DNA of 64,000 nt, taken from assembly GCA_937625935.1 (NCBI GenBank), contig OW569364.1, positions 1-64,000 of the forward strand. The letters are read 5' to 3'. This DNA is from Tetramitus jugosus (taxonomy: Eukaryota > Protista > Heterolobosea). Below the pieces are notes generated by a model. That model had not been told where the DNA came from and ran no database searches. It saw only the letters and a list, made by a program, of their open reading frames with translations. Positions 10,547-23,700 of this stretch are shown here, one piece after another (positions within the stretch are counted from its first letter, which is position 1; every line of letters begins with the position of its first letter). Made by a program: the position numbers and the translations under genes.

Positions 10547-12019
10547 TTATTCGTTCTTACAGGCAATACAACTCTGTTTCAAACTCATGATCTGTGGGAT
10601 TAGTGTGACAGCTGCATCCACAAACATTCTTTTCTTCACAAACCTGCTGAAAGAGTCACACTGCAGCAGTCTCCTCACAAATTCTGAAACGTCGTTGAAG
10701 ACGTGATCTTCTGGCGAAAGCTCTGTACTCAACTCCTTCGAAACTGTGGTTCGGAGCTCATGGGGTAAATTCAACTCTTTTGGTGCTTGCTCTGGGATGT
10801 ATGTTGAGTAGATACTGTATTCTCTATCCTTCATTTTCTTCACGAGATTCTTGTTCTTGTTTAGTGACTTGATGAAGTCTTCAACCTCATCCAAAAATTC
10901 GATAGATTCGGAAGAAAATTCATTTCTCAAATGCTGAGCAAACAAGGCTCTGAGAGTAGGATCACCCATCGTCATACTAAACACTTGCGCACTGTTCTCA
11001 GAGCAGTAGGTGGTAACAGATGTGACCAAATCAGTATGAGAGAAGTGGAATTTGAGAACATCCATGACTTCAACAGGCTCAATACGATCAAACATACCAT
11101 AACCGGACTTTAACGACGCAGGTGTCACCCACTTGTAAATGATGTTGGATTGGTTGTCAAGAACAACTACTGCTGGCTGTGTGATTCCGTCATCGTGGGA
11201 GGAATCATAGAAATCTGAGGTTTTTAGGGCACTTCTGATAATTCGCTGCATTACCTTGAAGGCATATCCTCCCTTCTTTGAGATCTTCAGGTTATACTTT
11301 TTTCCCAGTTCACATTTCGTGTCACTGATCAGATCGAAATCTAATTCAGCAGTTTCTTTCATCTGATCAACAAATTGTTGTTCTTGAGAGCAGATGGCAT
11401 AAACTTCTCCACCCATGGAGCGAATATCCTTCATACAATCATTGACCTGTCTCAGATACAATGGACAATTGCCACACCAAGTTCCACGATAGAAGAATAG
11501 AACAGTGAATTTGGAGAGGGGAGCAATGGTTTGCACCCATTTAGCCATCATCTTCTTTCGTGCTAGTTTCAGTTTTTCATCCTTCTGCTTGCACCTCGTG
11601 CACTCACCATCTACAGTAGAAGAGTACTCTGGATGACCACAGTCAACATTCTTAATCAACTTGCAAGCATCTAAAGTTTCGAACAATATCGGTACAGCAC
11701 TGCCCATGTCGTTGTTTATCACCTGTTGAATCTTGTCATGTTTCAATTGAAGTTCGGCAATCTTGTTTCTCAACATGTCAACTTCTTCACTTTCAGTAGT
11801 ACCTGAGTCAAGAATGAGCTGATCAAGCTGGCTCTGGGCTTGAATGATCTCATTCTCAGCGTTTAGTAGCTTGACAACGTTGTAGTATGAGGCGACAACT
11901 GGTTCTTTGAATTGAGTTTTCTTGTGGTTAATTTGTTGAATTAGATCGGTCTTATTCGTATGCTTGTTCATGGTTATTTGGTTCTTGTGTTTTGGTTTGT
12001 TGCTGTGTGGCTGTGCCAA
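10547..12019 (-). CDS. AhpC/TSA (thioredoxin-fold, CxxC) - RGS fusion protein
   Basis: FFYRGTWCGNC...AICSQ...FDLISD..CELGKKY peroxiredoxin-like fold, followed by RGS FAQHLRNEFSSESIEFL...ELNL...DSFSRF. Confidence 0.85.
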   Translation of the reverse strand: MAQPHSNKPKHKNQITMNKHTNKTDLIQQINHKKTQFKEPVVASYYNVVKLLNAENEIIQAQSQLDQLILDSGTTESEEVDMLRNKIAELQLKHDKIQQVINNDMGSAVPILFETLDACKLIKNVDCGHPEYSSTVDGECTRCKQKDEKLKLARKKMMAKWVQTIAPLSKFTVLFFYRGTWCGNCPLYLRQVNDCMKDIRSMGGEVYAICSQEQQFVDQMKETAELDFDLISDTKCELGKKYNLKISKKGGYAFKVMQRIIRSALKTSDFYDSSHDDGITQPAVVVLDNQSNIIYKWVTPASLKSGYGMFDRIEPVEVMDVLKFHFSHTDLVTSVTTYCSENSAQVFSMTMGDPTLRALFAQHLRNEFSSESIEFLDEVEDFIKSLNKNKNLVKKMKDREYSIYSTYIPEQAPKELNLPHELRTTVSKELSTELSPEDHVFNDVSEFVRRLLQCDSFSRFVKKRMFVDAAVTLIPQIMSLKQSCIACKNE

Positions 12020-12176
12020 GTGTCACCTAACTTCAAAAAGCTTTTGGGTATCCGGATAAAACGAACTTCTTTTGGTTGCGGTTCCCCTAAGAAGCCAAAT
12101 TCTTCCGCAAAAATTGCCGCAGCACTCTCTGTTTGGGATAAAAGGAGATTTCGATTTCGGTTTTACGAAGCGTGAT

Positions 12177-15100
12177 TCACTTTGTACATTCTTTTGATAT
12201 GGCGTTCAATTCCATTGTAATCTCTGAAAAAGATGGTCTTTTTGTATGATCTGAATCCCAACATCGTGTGGCGAGAGAGTAAAAAGCTTGCGCAACCGCC
12301 GGTATTCGAGTTGTTAAAATACTTTGCGTGTTGCTCTTAGAGAAAAAGTCGATGAGTGCTTGTGTGTCATTTGTTGATGATATCTCGTTGGAAGGATCAA
12401 ACGGTATGACGGGCCTCAATCCTTTAACGATATCCATTCCTAGTGCGAAGAGAGATATGTTTGCATATCGTGGATATGGAGGCGATAAAGTAAATATTTC
12501 ATGCATGATAATGCCAAAACTGAAAACATCACACTTTTCATTATACGCTTGATGAGTCAAAATTTCTGGAGCACAATATTCTGGCATAAGTAATATGTGA
12601 GTTCATCTGTTAATTCAAAACAATTTGAGGGAATGAAAACATACCAATCGTTCCATATGATTTTCCCATGGTGAAAGAACTGTCAGTTGCCTTGCTCACA
12701 CCAAAATCACAAATGTTCACACTAAACTTATCATCCAACAATATATTTTGAGGCTTCAAATCTCTGTGTACAATGCGAGGACTCCTATCATGCAAGTAAG
12801 CCATCGTATCAGCAATCTGGCACAAGATGTTCACTTTCATACCAAAGTTTCTTAATGCTCTATTTCCGTTGTGCAACATTTTGTCTAAACTTCCATTCAC
12901 AGCAAATTGAGTGATCAAGAACTTATCTCCATCTTCATTTGAAGAATAACCATACAAGTAGAGAATGTTGGGGTGTCGCAGACTTTGAAGAATTGAAACT
13001 TCTTTGATAAATGATTCATCATCGGATACCTTCATCTTCTTCACTGCCACCAAGTTATTTCTCCACTCTCCTTTGAATACAACTCCATAGGCTCCTTCAG
13101 AAATACGACTAATTAACTTGATCTCCTTCATATTGATGTAAAAATCTCCTCGCTCAATGTTTTTGTCGAGTTCAAGTTCACTCATTTCTTCCAACAAACA
13201 GGCACGCAGCTCTGATTTCATTCTCGCTTCTCGTCTTCTCTTTTTGATGAGAACTCCAGCCACAACGGCAGCCAGAATGAGAGAAGCACACAGCAGCACC
13301 CCTAAAATCGACAATGACCACAAAGGTTTCAGGTTTGGGAGGCATGTATCACCGATGTATCCATGATGGCAAACACAACTATTCGGTTTTTCACATTTTC
13401 CATGTGAGGAGCAAACATCCCTCTCGATGCTTGACCGTCCATAGCAAATAGGGTAAAAGCAATTCGTTCCAGTGTAACCTTCATTGCATTCACACACATC
13501 AGCATCAATACAAACTCCATTACCCGAACATGCACTCCTCACATTCTTGGATTGTATTCCAAAGCAATCGAATAGCTCACAGTCATTGCCATAATATCCT
13601 TGCTCACAAGTTACTCCAAGAAATCCGATTGAAAAGGTGCCAATGAATAAACTGGTTATATTGTGCTTCGTATCTACATTGTCTGTGTTGACCCATGTTG
13701 AATAATTGTGTTGGGAATTCCAATAAGCTAATTTTCCATCGTTGGTCAGAGCAAGGATTGAAATGTCATTCACTGCAAACTGAGATACTATCCTTCCTTT
13801 CAACAAACCATTCATACTCAAAAGCACTGGAAGATTCACAGATTCAGAACCACTAAAATCAGTTAAACCCCAAGAAAATAACTGCCCATCACTGGTCAAA
13901 ATGGTTGTGTGTTTGTTACCTGCTGTAATATGGGTGACGTTCTTGCCTTTCAAACGACCCATTTCAACCGCAACCGGAACCGAACTATACCGTGATCCGT
14001 GGCTTCCAACCATTCCTATATTCAATCCCCAAGTAAAAAGCTCCCCATCACTCGTTAATACAACTACATGATAATCACCAGTTGCAATTTGAGTTATTTT
14101 CCTCCCTTCCAAATTCCCTTTCATATCAACAGCGACTGGAGTCACTCTGTTCGTAGCAGTTGTATCTCCAAGCTGACCCACACTATTTACTCCCCAAGAG
14201 TACAGCATGTCATCATTTGCAATCACGACAACATACCCAACACCTGCATCAACATGTGAAATTGTTTTCCCACTCAATGCACCATTCATTCGAGCAGAGA
14301 CAGGTTGTGATCTGCTCGTATCTGACCCATCTCCCAGCTCAGAGAAATTATTGGCACCCCAAGCAAACAATACACCGTCATCTGACATAGCCACAGTAAA
14401 CCACAAACCCAAGTTGTATCGCGTAATGAATCGTCTGCTCAACATAACACTCTGCTCAACCATCACGGGATACCGCTTCTCTATCTCAGTTCCGTCACCA
14501 ACTTCCCCGATATAGTTACTTCCCCAGGAATAGAGAATGCCATTCTTCGTGGAAGCAACGAATTGATCAGTGACTTGTAACGGCAATCCCGATCTTGCTG
14601 TAAGATGCGTGATCATATTCCCATCCAGTCCATCCTTGATACCAACAGCGGTGGGTGTTTCTTTTCTAACATTTGTTACATCTCCCAACTGACCCCACGA
14701 ATAAATCTTTCCTTTACTTGTCAATAGCATCGCATGATTTCCACCTGATGCAATTTGAGTTATGAATGAACCATTGGACACAATGTGATCAATTTTCACA
14801 ACAACCGGTCTGTCTCGATTAATGAATGTTCCATCGCCCAGTTGGCCAACGCTATTCATGCCCCAACTGAACAACATACCATCACTCGTCAAAGCCAATG
14901 TATGATAGGCGCCACATGCAATTTGAGTGACAACTTTTCCAGATAGATCTTCGCCCACTTCCCTAGGTAAATAACCATTGTATGTACTACCCCAACCAAG
15001 TTGGCCTTGCTCATTACTACCCCAAGTATATACCTTGCAATCACTCATCAATACCACATTGTGTTTGTTTCCAACGGAAACTTGAATAAAGTTCTTGCCC

Positions 15101-16017
15101 TGAAGAGTATCACTTATATAAACAGGTGTGGGACGTGTTCTTGTCTGACCAAGGAATCTTCCCCAGGAAAATACTCTGCCATCATTCGTTAAAGCCACTG
15201 AATGATGCTCACCAGCGCCAATATGAGTGACTATTGAACCTTCTGGTGCTCTCAAATCGACAGATACTGGTCTCAGCTTATTTTCTGTGGTACCGTCTCC
15301 TAATTCTCCACCACTGTTACTCCCCCAAGCAAATATTTTCCCATCATTCGTTAGTGCTAGGGAATGAGAAACGCCGGCTGCAAGTTGAGTCAACCATGTA
15401 CTCGTTTCATTCAAAATAACGTGACTTAAATCAACATAAACAGGGACTTTTCTATCATTAGATGATCCCTCACCCAATTGACCATTCCTATTAGAGCCCC
15501 AAGAGTACAACTCGCCATTCCTTTTCAAAATGAGAACATGCCGATCACCACATGATAGTTGAGCAATGGGAGAGTTGACAGAGTATCGTCTCAGACTCGT
15601 CTCATACAACACAGGATATGGTTCTTGTCTTTCTATATTTGAGAGATCAAGAGGGTTTCCCCAGGAAAATAAAGTGCCCTCATGATCGATAGCCATTGAA
15701 TAAAGACCACCTGCGAACAAGCTCGTCCAATTGGTTCGATCAAACGATGATCTCTCAAAGTCCAGCATTGGTCTCATTGTTGCTTCTCCTGGAATAACAT
15801 TCATCTCAGGCAAGTCTCCACTCAAAGGATTAAAGTTGATGACTTGCAGTACTTGAGTCATGTAAACCATGGAGGATGCAATTCTTTTCTGGTTTGTCAC
15901 AGGCAACGATGACGACACAAGAGTCGTCAACAAGAGAACACAAAAACATGTGCTAGCAGAGAAGAACAATAAGAATCTCATCACTTTGAACTCGTTTTTG
16001 TGAATCTGAACCAGCAT
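12177..16017 (-). CDS. Receptor-like TKL protein kinase with RCC1-repeat and EGF ectodomain; intron 12581-12644
   Basis: Many RCC1 repeats (WG.N..GQLGDG), EGF Cys repeats, TM, kinase motifs GAYGVV, VAVK, HRDLKPQN and DFG. Splicing the GTATGT...CAG intron restores GTIEYCAPE. Confidence 0.9.
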
Positions 16018-16329
16018 ACTCGGGACATTCCATTATAAAACAATATCGCTCGTTATCTCCGGGGGAAGATGCGGATGTTTTAATTTTCACCCTTTTCCCC
16101 TACACCTTGCATTCTGGTTCCACCAAAAAAAAAGCCTGCGTCTGTGCATACCCCAGAAGTTCTTTTCTCATCAAAGAAGAAATGAAAAAAAATTGATAGG
16201 ATATGTCGAAGCGGAGAAAGACAACGAAAAGGTAGCTCAGTATTTTTGGCTTATGACCTCCCAAACCAAAAACCAAAAAGCCTATCATAATAACGGAACA
16301 TCATAACGCGTGACACAATAGACAAACAA

Positions 16330-17496
16330 ATGTTGCGTGCCAATCAATTCACTCGCGTAGGTTTCATCTACAATCCCAAAGCAAACAAGGGCAAATGTGA
16401 AACAGAGTTCCTTCTCAAAATTAAGCCACTCATTGAATTGTACTTTGGTCCTCAGAGAACTCATGCGATTCTAGCGACTGAAAAGGTGGGTGGGGCATTT
16501 GATCGTGCCATTCAATTGTATCATGAAAAGTGTGATTTAGTTGTTGCATGTGGTGGTGATGGTACATTGAGTGAAGTGATTAATGGCATTAAATTTGCTG
16601 AAGAACAACTACAACAAGTGCATATTAATGATGATAATTTAGAGAATGCACCAGTTAGTTCACTAGAGACGAGTCCATATAGGCCTGCTGTTGGAATGAT
16701 CACACTAGGTACATCGGATGATTTTGCTTCTCACATTCAAATGGTGAAGAAATCAGTGACGACGACACAGGATCGAAAAAAGACAAAATATGAAGACCAG
16801 TATGAAGAAATGATCAAGGTGTTGAGTGAAACTGGTTGTGTGACATCGGTTGATCTTGGACACGTGGAAGCGACTCCGGTCGTTCGATTGAACAATGGTC
16901 GATTTCAAAAGGTGAGCGATGATCAACCAAGGAAACGATCATACTTTGTAAATATTGCGAGTTTTGGTGTGTGCGCAGACATTACCGATAAACTCAATAC
17001 GGCGAGTCATCTTTGGAATAAGGCTCTGTACAGTTCATTTCAAGCCATTTGGAAACAGTTTACCTATACGAATAAATGGATTGAGATACAATTCATTGGA
17101 TTAGATGGTGAGCAGGGCAAGGACAAGGTGGAATGTCGACTGCACCAAGCAACAGCTGTTGGAAATGGAAGTACCTATGGCAATGGGTTGAAAATATGTC
17201 CTCACTCGAGTATTGTGGATGGTTTATTTAGTGTTTGCCGATTGGGTGATATTGGTATCCGAGATATCCCTATATTGACCAAGATTTATACAGGAGATCA
17301 CATCCACATAGGTCATAAGGAAATATTTGCAGACAAGTGCATGGCGTTGGAGGCTAGGTGTGCTCAAAAGAATGAAAATGATTTAGTGCTCGTAGAGACT
17401 GATGGCGAGGTTATTGGAGCATTGCCTGCTAGATTCACCGTTCGAACTAAAGCACTTGAACTCGTAGTTCCTGAGCATATGATCCACTCTATTTGA
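16330..17496 (+). CDS. Diacylglycerol/lipid kinase, YegS/DgkB-like
   Basis: NPKA, GGDGTLSEVING, LGTSDDFA, GNGSTYGNG and ETDGE motifs. Confidence 0.88.
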   Translation: MLRANQFTRVGFIYNPKANKGKCETEFLLKIKPLIELYFGPQRTHAILATEKVGGAFDRAIQLYHEKCDLVVACGGDGTLSEVINGIKFAEEQLQQVHINDDNLENAPVSSLETSPYRPAVGMITLGTSDDFASHIQMVKKSVTTTQDRKKTKYEDQYEEMIKVLSETGCVTSVDLGHVEATPVVRLNNGRFQKVSDDQPRKRSYFVNIASFGVCADITDKLNTASHLWNKALYSSFQAIWKQFTYTNKWIEIQFIGLDGEQGKDKVECRLHQATAVGNGSTYGNGLKICPHSSIVDGLFSVCRLGDIGIRDIPILTKIYTGDHIHIGHKEIFADKCMALEARCAQKNENDLVLVETDGEVIGALPARFTVRTKALELVVPEHMIHSI

Positions 17497-17517
17497 AACA
17501 GAGGATTGCTGTTTTGA

Positions 17518-20129
17518 TCACTGGTATTGGATTCTGCTGCGATTAATGGCCTTCTTAGCATAACGTATGCACGAAGTCTTCTCTACTTTCTGCATCTCTT
17601 CTAACTTCAACAGCAGCGCAATAGCAACCGAGTCAGTATGGTCAACGCAACTTTCCAAGTACGTGTGAAGAGTATGGATGGATTCCTCAATATTTCCCTT
17701 CTCATATAGAGAGTATGCTTGTTCATAGAGAGCGTATCTGTTGTCTTTCTGTTGGTGTTGCATTTCATACATCCATTCATCAGCTACTTCTTTCTTCTCA
17801 TCGATTACTTCATATACTGGCACCGTTGTATAAGTATTGCTCACAGAGTTTTCATCCAATAACAATTCATCAATCTTTCTAGTTATAGCCCGAGGTTGTA
17901 AACAATTGGAAACAATGGAGGTCCCATACTCATCATTCAAGGGCTCAATCAATTTACAAATGTCAACACTAGACCCGAAGATGGAATAAGATTTTCTATC
18001 ATTTGTCCCGAGATTTCCAACAAAAGTACTAGGGGATGAAGCGATTGCTATCGATATTCTCGGAGCAGGTGCTTCCTTTTGAGAGAAGAAATTTCGTGAG
18101 AATACATCAATTTCCTTCTTGAGATGTAGAGCGCATAACAGAGCTTGTTGAGCAGGATCCGACACTTGCGTGCTTGTGTTCCAGTTAATAGTGAACTTAT
18201 TGGCCTTGCAATCATGCAACTCTCCCTTGAATCTCTTAGCATATCGAATGATAATATTGCTCAGGCGAGAATGCAGAAAAACAAAATCAGTCACACCTAG
18301 AGCTGTGATGATCTGATAATGGTTGTGCAACTTTAACATAAATGTGGTCACCTCCCGCTGCTCCAAAGATATGCTAAATTTGGAGATAACTCGTACTGAT
18401 TCATACGAAGAGCTAGAAGATGCTCCAATTCTGACTGAACCACGGTGGCTTGATGGAGTGTCTCCTTTGGTTGACTCGTCGATGTCCATTTCGTTGTTGA
18501 CGTTGTTAGAATCTAAGTTAGCTAGTATATGAGAGGGTAAGAACGATCGATAGAGTTTCAATTTCCGAACCATGGCAATGAAACTTAGATGAATGCATCT
18601 CATCTCATACAAATAAGGACTTTGAGAGATGTTTGATAATATACTATCCAAATCCATTGTACTCACCAGATCAAGCTCGGTAACTATCATTCCTAGGGGT
18701 TTTGTGATAATTCGTAAAATTACTATTCCAAACGTGCATGCGATGAGAACAATTACAGCACTGATAACAATGGCAGAAATCAATCCGGGTACGGCAGGCG
18801 CAAAAAAGACGGATGATGGGACAACATACATCATAACCCATCCATATTCTCTGTTCAAGGCAGCACTCACTAGAATTTTCTTTCGATCCCAACTCGTGAG
18901 TGTGAAAGTCATCGTGCTCCAACCAGAAGAATTGAACTGCCCAGGAAACTTCTCATAATCTATTCCAGCCACTTTGTGAATCTGATGGAGTGAAGGACTG
19001 ATTAATCGATGGTTAATATCATTGAGTGTAGCCACACGATTTATCGTAGAGTTACCATCTCTAACAACAGTAGGAGTTCCATCCGTTGCAGTAAGAAGAC
19101 TTCCTGTGCTTTTCTCGAATAGAATTGTTACTCCTGAGTTGTCTGTTAGGGGTCTTAAGATGGACAAAAAGCTCTCTGAAAAATATCCAACTCTTGATAC
19201 ACCTACCATACTCCCATTTCTCCATGCGGGAGTGAATAGAGTAATTAAAGTCAAGCAAGTTCTACCAGGTATACAAGTAGGATTCACCAAGTACGAGGGA
19301 GTAAGGCCTGATTTTGGTGATTGGGCCGCCAGTATTGTGGCAAGGTTCGGGGTCACTGGATCTGTACGAGACAACAAGTGAGGTAACAAAGATCCTGTTT
19401 TGGCACTGGCAAGAGTTAGATTCACGTAACCTGGTGGAGTCACATCTTCCCAAGAAAACCGTGCTATATAGGTCCCTGGTCGCGTTGTGGGTGTTGTTGC
19501 AAAAGTGATAAAGTTCTCTCTCGTGCTAGTAGTAGTAGAATTTACACTCAACGTTGAGAAGAGATAGTTCTAGGAAGGGATCTGTTAGCAATCTCTTCTG
19601 TGATATAATCATGCGGGACTACTTACATTCATGGAAAAATATGCCTTCTGAAATGAATGAAACACTAGACGCTTGATCGTTTTAAAATCTGAGACGTCGA
19701 CTGCGTCACTCTCAATAACAGAGGCTTGTTGATCTGCCAACGACATCAAGGATGACAGCCTCTGATCGATTGCATACTTCATGCCATCAAAAGCTGCAGA
19801 TTGAAGTCTACTGGCCGATCTATTCGCCAGAATGACCACAGTACCAATCCAGATCACTAAAATGCTACAATGTTATTCAACCTGATAGAAATTGGATTGT
19901 TTGATGAATTGAAATTCCTTTAGTACTTACCTGAAACAATTATGATTCCAGTCATCATGGAGAAGACTGCTGCGATGAGCATTGTTTTGACTGAGCTGAT
20001 GCAAGATATCAACTTGCCAGATTGTTGATTTTCCTCTTGAATTGCGTCATCATTCCCTTCTGAACTTGAATCTGGATAGGCTTCTGAAAATTCATCCTCC
20101 TGGTTTGGGTGTGTCTTTATTTTCAACAT
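17518..20129 (-). CDS. Receptor-type adenylate/guanylate cyclase-like protein (two TMs, extracellular sensor domain, degenerate class III cyclase); introns 19857-19930 and 19570-19626
   Basis: Three ORF segments joined in frame by GTAAGT...AG introns; YRSFLP, VGNLG...YSIFGSSV and EWMYEM motifs. Confidence 0.78.
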
Positions 20130-20739
20130 GTGTGTTGCTGATTGTTGTTGTTGTTGCTTTGTCGTGGCAAGATTGAGTTGAAATATTCTTCATCGTAGTC
20201 GCTACAACACACCACGCAGTTGCACTGACTTCCTACCGATTTTGGACCATCCCTCAAGAGTTCATTCCTTCCAAATGGCATTCCCGCAGCAATGACTCAA
20301 CGTTTGTGGTGGAACTCTGAGTACCTTCATATGACAACACAGGGATTCGTATTGTAGAGAGCTATCGAGAGGACACAAAGTGGTTCGGTTGAGTCGAATC
20401 AATTTGAGGAGATTCATCAATTTGGCTTTTGTTTCCAAGTTGGATATCCGCGGCATCTCTGAGCCGTAGAAGATAGCGGTAAAATTCGGTTCCGCTGTAC
20501 AGAACGTTGGGTCAAGCTCTCCAACTCTTGAAATGCAGTTACAGAAATAGTTTGTGGATGTTGAATGTTCAATTCTGCTCTTCGACTTATCCGTGGAGAA
20601 AAATTAAGTAATCCTTAAGAGGATCTCATAGAGCCATTCAGAGACGCCGCACTAATGACGAAAAACTTGTGAAACAGAGTGGTGGTGTAAAGGATTGCTC
20701 CTACATAATAAGAAGTGCCTGGAACACCCAGGAACATAT

Positions 20740-23700
20740 TTATGCGAAAACGTCGACAGAGTAACGATTGTCCATTGAACTCATTCTTCTCTCTGCTTCC
20801 TCTTGCGTACAACTTGTGACTTCCTTATATATATCAATTAAAACCTTCTTCACATCTGGTGCCATGTGATCTCCTTCTCCACAAACAAAGATGTGAGCTT
20901 CTTTCAACAGTAGAGCTCCAACTTCATCTCGACATTCCCACAAGCGATGTTGAACATACTTGACGCCATTGGTGTTCTCAATTCTAGAGAACACAGGCCT
21001 CAATTGAACTACTCCCTTTTGGCTCCACTGTTCCAATTCTTCTTTGTACAGAAAATCTTGATCTGGATCTCTGCAACCATGGAAGAGGAGTGCTTCACCA
21101 AGGACTTGATCATTTTGCTGAAGAGCAGCTCGTTGTTGGATAAATCCACGGAATGGGGCAATTCCAGTGCCAGCAGAAATCATGATCATTGGTTTCGAAG
21201 AATCTGCAGGAAGTTTAAATGATGATGATCTGACCATCATGGAAACCTTCATTCCAGGCAGGCAGTGTGCCAGGAAGTTGGATGCTACGCCCTCATACAT
21301 GCCACCATGTTGAGCTGGAGCACTCAACACTCCAACAGTAATCGTACATTTGTCACCTGACCATAGTGGAGAAGATGAGATGGAGTATTGACGAACACGC
21401 ATGGGAGTGGAAATTTCAAGGAATTCAGCCAATGTAAGTTTGCAAGTTTTGAATTCGTTCAGAATATCCAAAACTGATGGCGTTTGCATCTTGTCTAAGC
21501 CAACAAAATCTAAAATCTTCATCTTATCCTGTTCCACATCCGTGTGATTGACAAGTGTCAAAATCTGGTGCTTCGATGCTGGCTGAGACAACTCAAAATA
21601 GTTTAACAACAAATCAACAACTGAAATTGGCACATCAGTTGGGATTGCCACTTGTGTTTGAGACAATCTGTTCTTCTGGAGCAGTACTTGATCATCATGG
21701 CTGAGGTTGAATTGGCGCAGAACCTTGTTCACTGTATTCATCGAATTGACTGGTAATACAGCAAGATAATCTCCTTCTCTGTATTTCATCCCGTCTGGAA
21801 GTCGTACTTCAATGTGTCTCTTTGAGCGAGAGACTTCTCCTAGAATATGTGGAGAGGTAACCAACTCTCGATTCTCCAGAATCTCTCCAGATCTGAGGTT
21901 TTGAAGACGAAGTAGAGTATCTCTGACGCCACGGATAACATCAACCTTGAGAGAATCCTTTGGTTCTTCTTCACTGACAGAAGCAGGGTTGAGTTCACTC
22001 CACAATTTCTTTCTCCATGATTCAAAGTCATAAAACATGTCTTGAGCAGCATTGCTCTCACCTCTTGAAACAAGTCTAGTCGCTCCTGTTTCTTCCAACT
22101 TGCTGTCGATGAATGTTGGTATACGCTGATATGTGTCTCTCCAATCAGTATGTCCACAACCAAACACTGCGTACTTTACTCCTTTCAGGGTGCTACCTGG
22201 AATTTGTTCTAGCCCTGTGACAAACTGTTTGGCGTCATCGGTTGGCAAACCTTCATAGGATGCAGTAACTATCACTACCGGTGTTTCAAGTGGTAAGTGG
22301 CCAGAGTAGGCATTCAAGTGAGCAATTTTTGCTTCATAACCTCTGGATTGTGCATCTTCATACAAGCGATGCGCAAATGATTCACATGTACCACTGTTGG
22401 ATCCAAAAAGAACAAGAAGAGGTCCACACTTTGAGTCAACATTGGAGTGTTGTTGCGGTGAACTGGCTTCGTGTGCTGCGGTTTCTGAATGCTCAATATT
22501 GGATGCACTCTGCTTTCGGTTCTTCCAACTCGACCGAGTATTCATACGCATGAATAGACCATCAGGCTTCATTGTGAGGGTTTCCTTCACAATGAGCTCA
22601 TACTGTGGATCATGGTCAATAATATCAAATCTTTGAAGAATCATACCAAGGACAAGTAGAGCCTCTTGCCAAGCAAATGGTCTTCCTATACATGCTCTTG
22701 CTGCATTACCGAATGGCTTCCAAGAATTCTTTGGGAGAGCAGCGAATTTTTCAGGACTGACTCTATCAGGGTTAAACTTGTCTGCATCATCTCCCCATAC
22801 CTTTGGGTCTCGGTGCAATGCTGGCAAAAGAACAAACACAGTGTCATCGGGCTTGATGAGATACTTTCCACCAATGACTTCTTCCTTGTGACACTCGAGA
22901 GAAAATGCAGGAGCAGTTGGCCACAATCGAAGAGTCTCTTTCAACACTTGATCCAGATACACAAGTTTTGGTAAATGTTTGATGTTGATCGTTTCAGTTC
23001 CGATTACGTCATCAACTTCCTGTTGAGCACGTCTTAAAACATCAGGATTCTTGACCAATTCATGTAGAGCAAAGGAGAGAAGACCACTGGTAGTTTCGTG
23101 GCCTGCAATGAGGAATGTCACCATTTGATATCTAATGTTATTATCACTCAAAGATTGACCTGAAATTGGATCCACACCCAATATCATTCGATTCAATAAA
23201 TCATTGATCTCCTGTGGCTTCTCTCTCCTCTCACGGATTAAATCATCAGCAATTGTGTGCATCAGCTCAATATTCTCTCGATAGATTCGGTTGGTGTTCA
23301 TCATGAGCCAATCAACAATCTTGAACTTGTGAGCTTTGGAACGAGATTCTGCGAGGGCTTCTGACATGGCAGTTACGAATGGATGCATGTCCGTATTGTA
23401 AAAACTGTTGAACCGATAATGGAACGCACAGAGCGCCAAAGTGTCCAATGTGAGTCGTGTGGTGTTATCAACGATATCAATGACATGAGTGCCACCTAAT
23501 CGCTCCCACTTGACGCACATTTGTTCTGCAATGTCATACATTTGACCAAACATGTCTTGAATGGCTTTTGGACCGAATGCTGGCATCAAAATTCGATGAG
23601 CAATGGCCCAATTGGGTTCTGTTGAGTGAGCAGTAAACAGACCGTCACCGGCAAAGTCTCTGACTTGATTCAAGGCACGACCAATCTTTTTAGAAAATCG

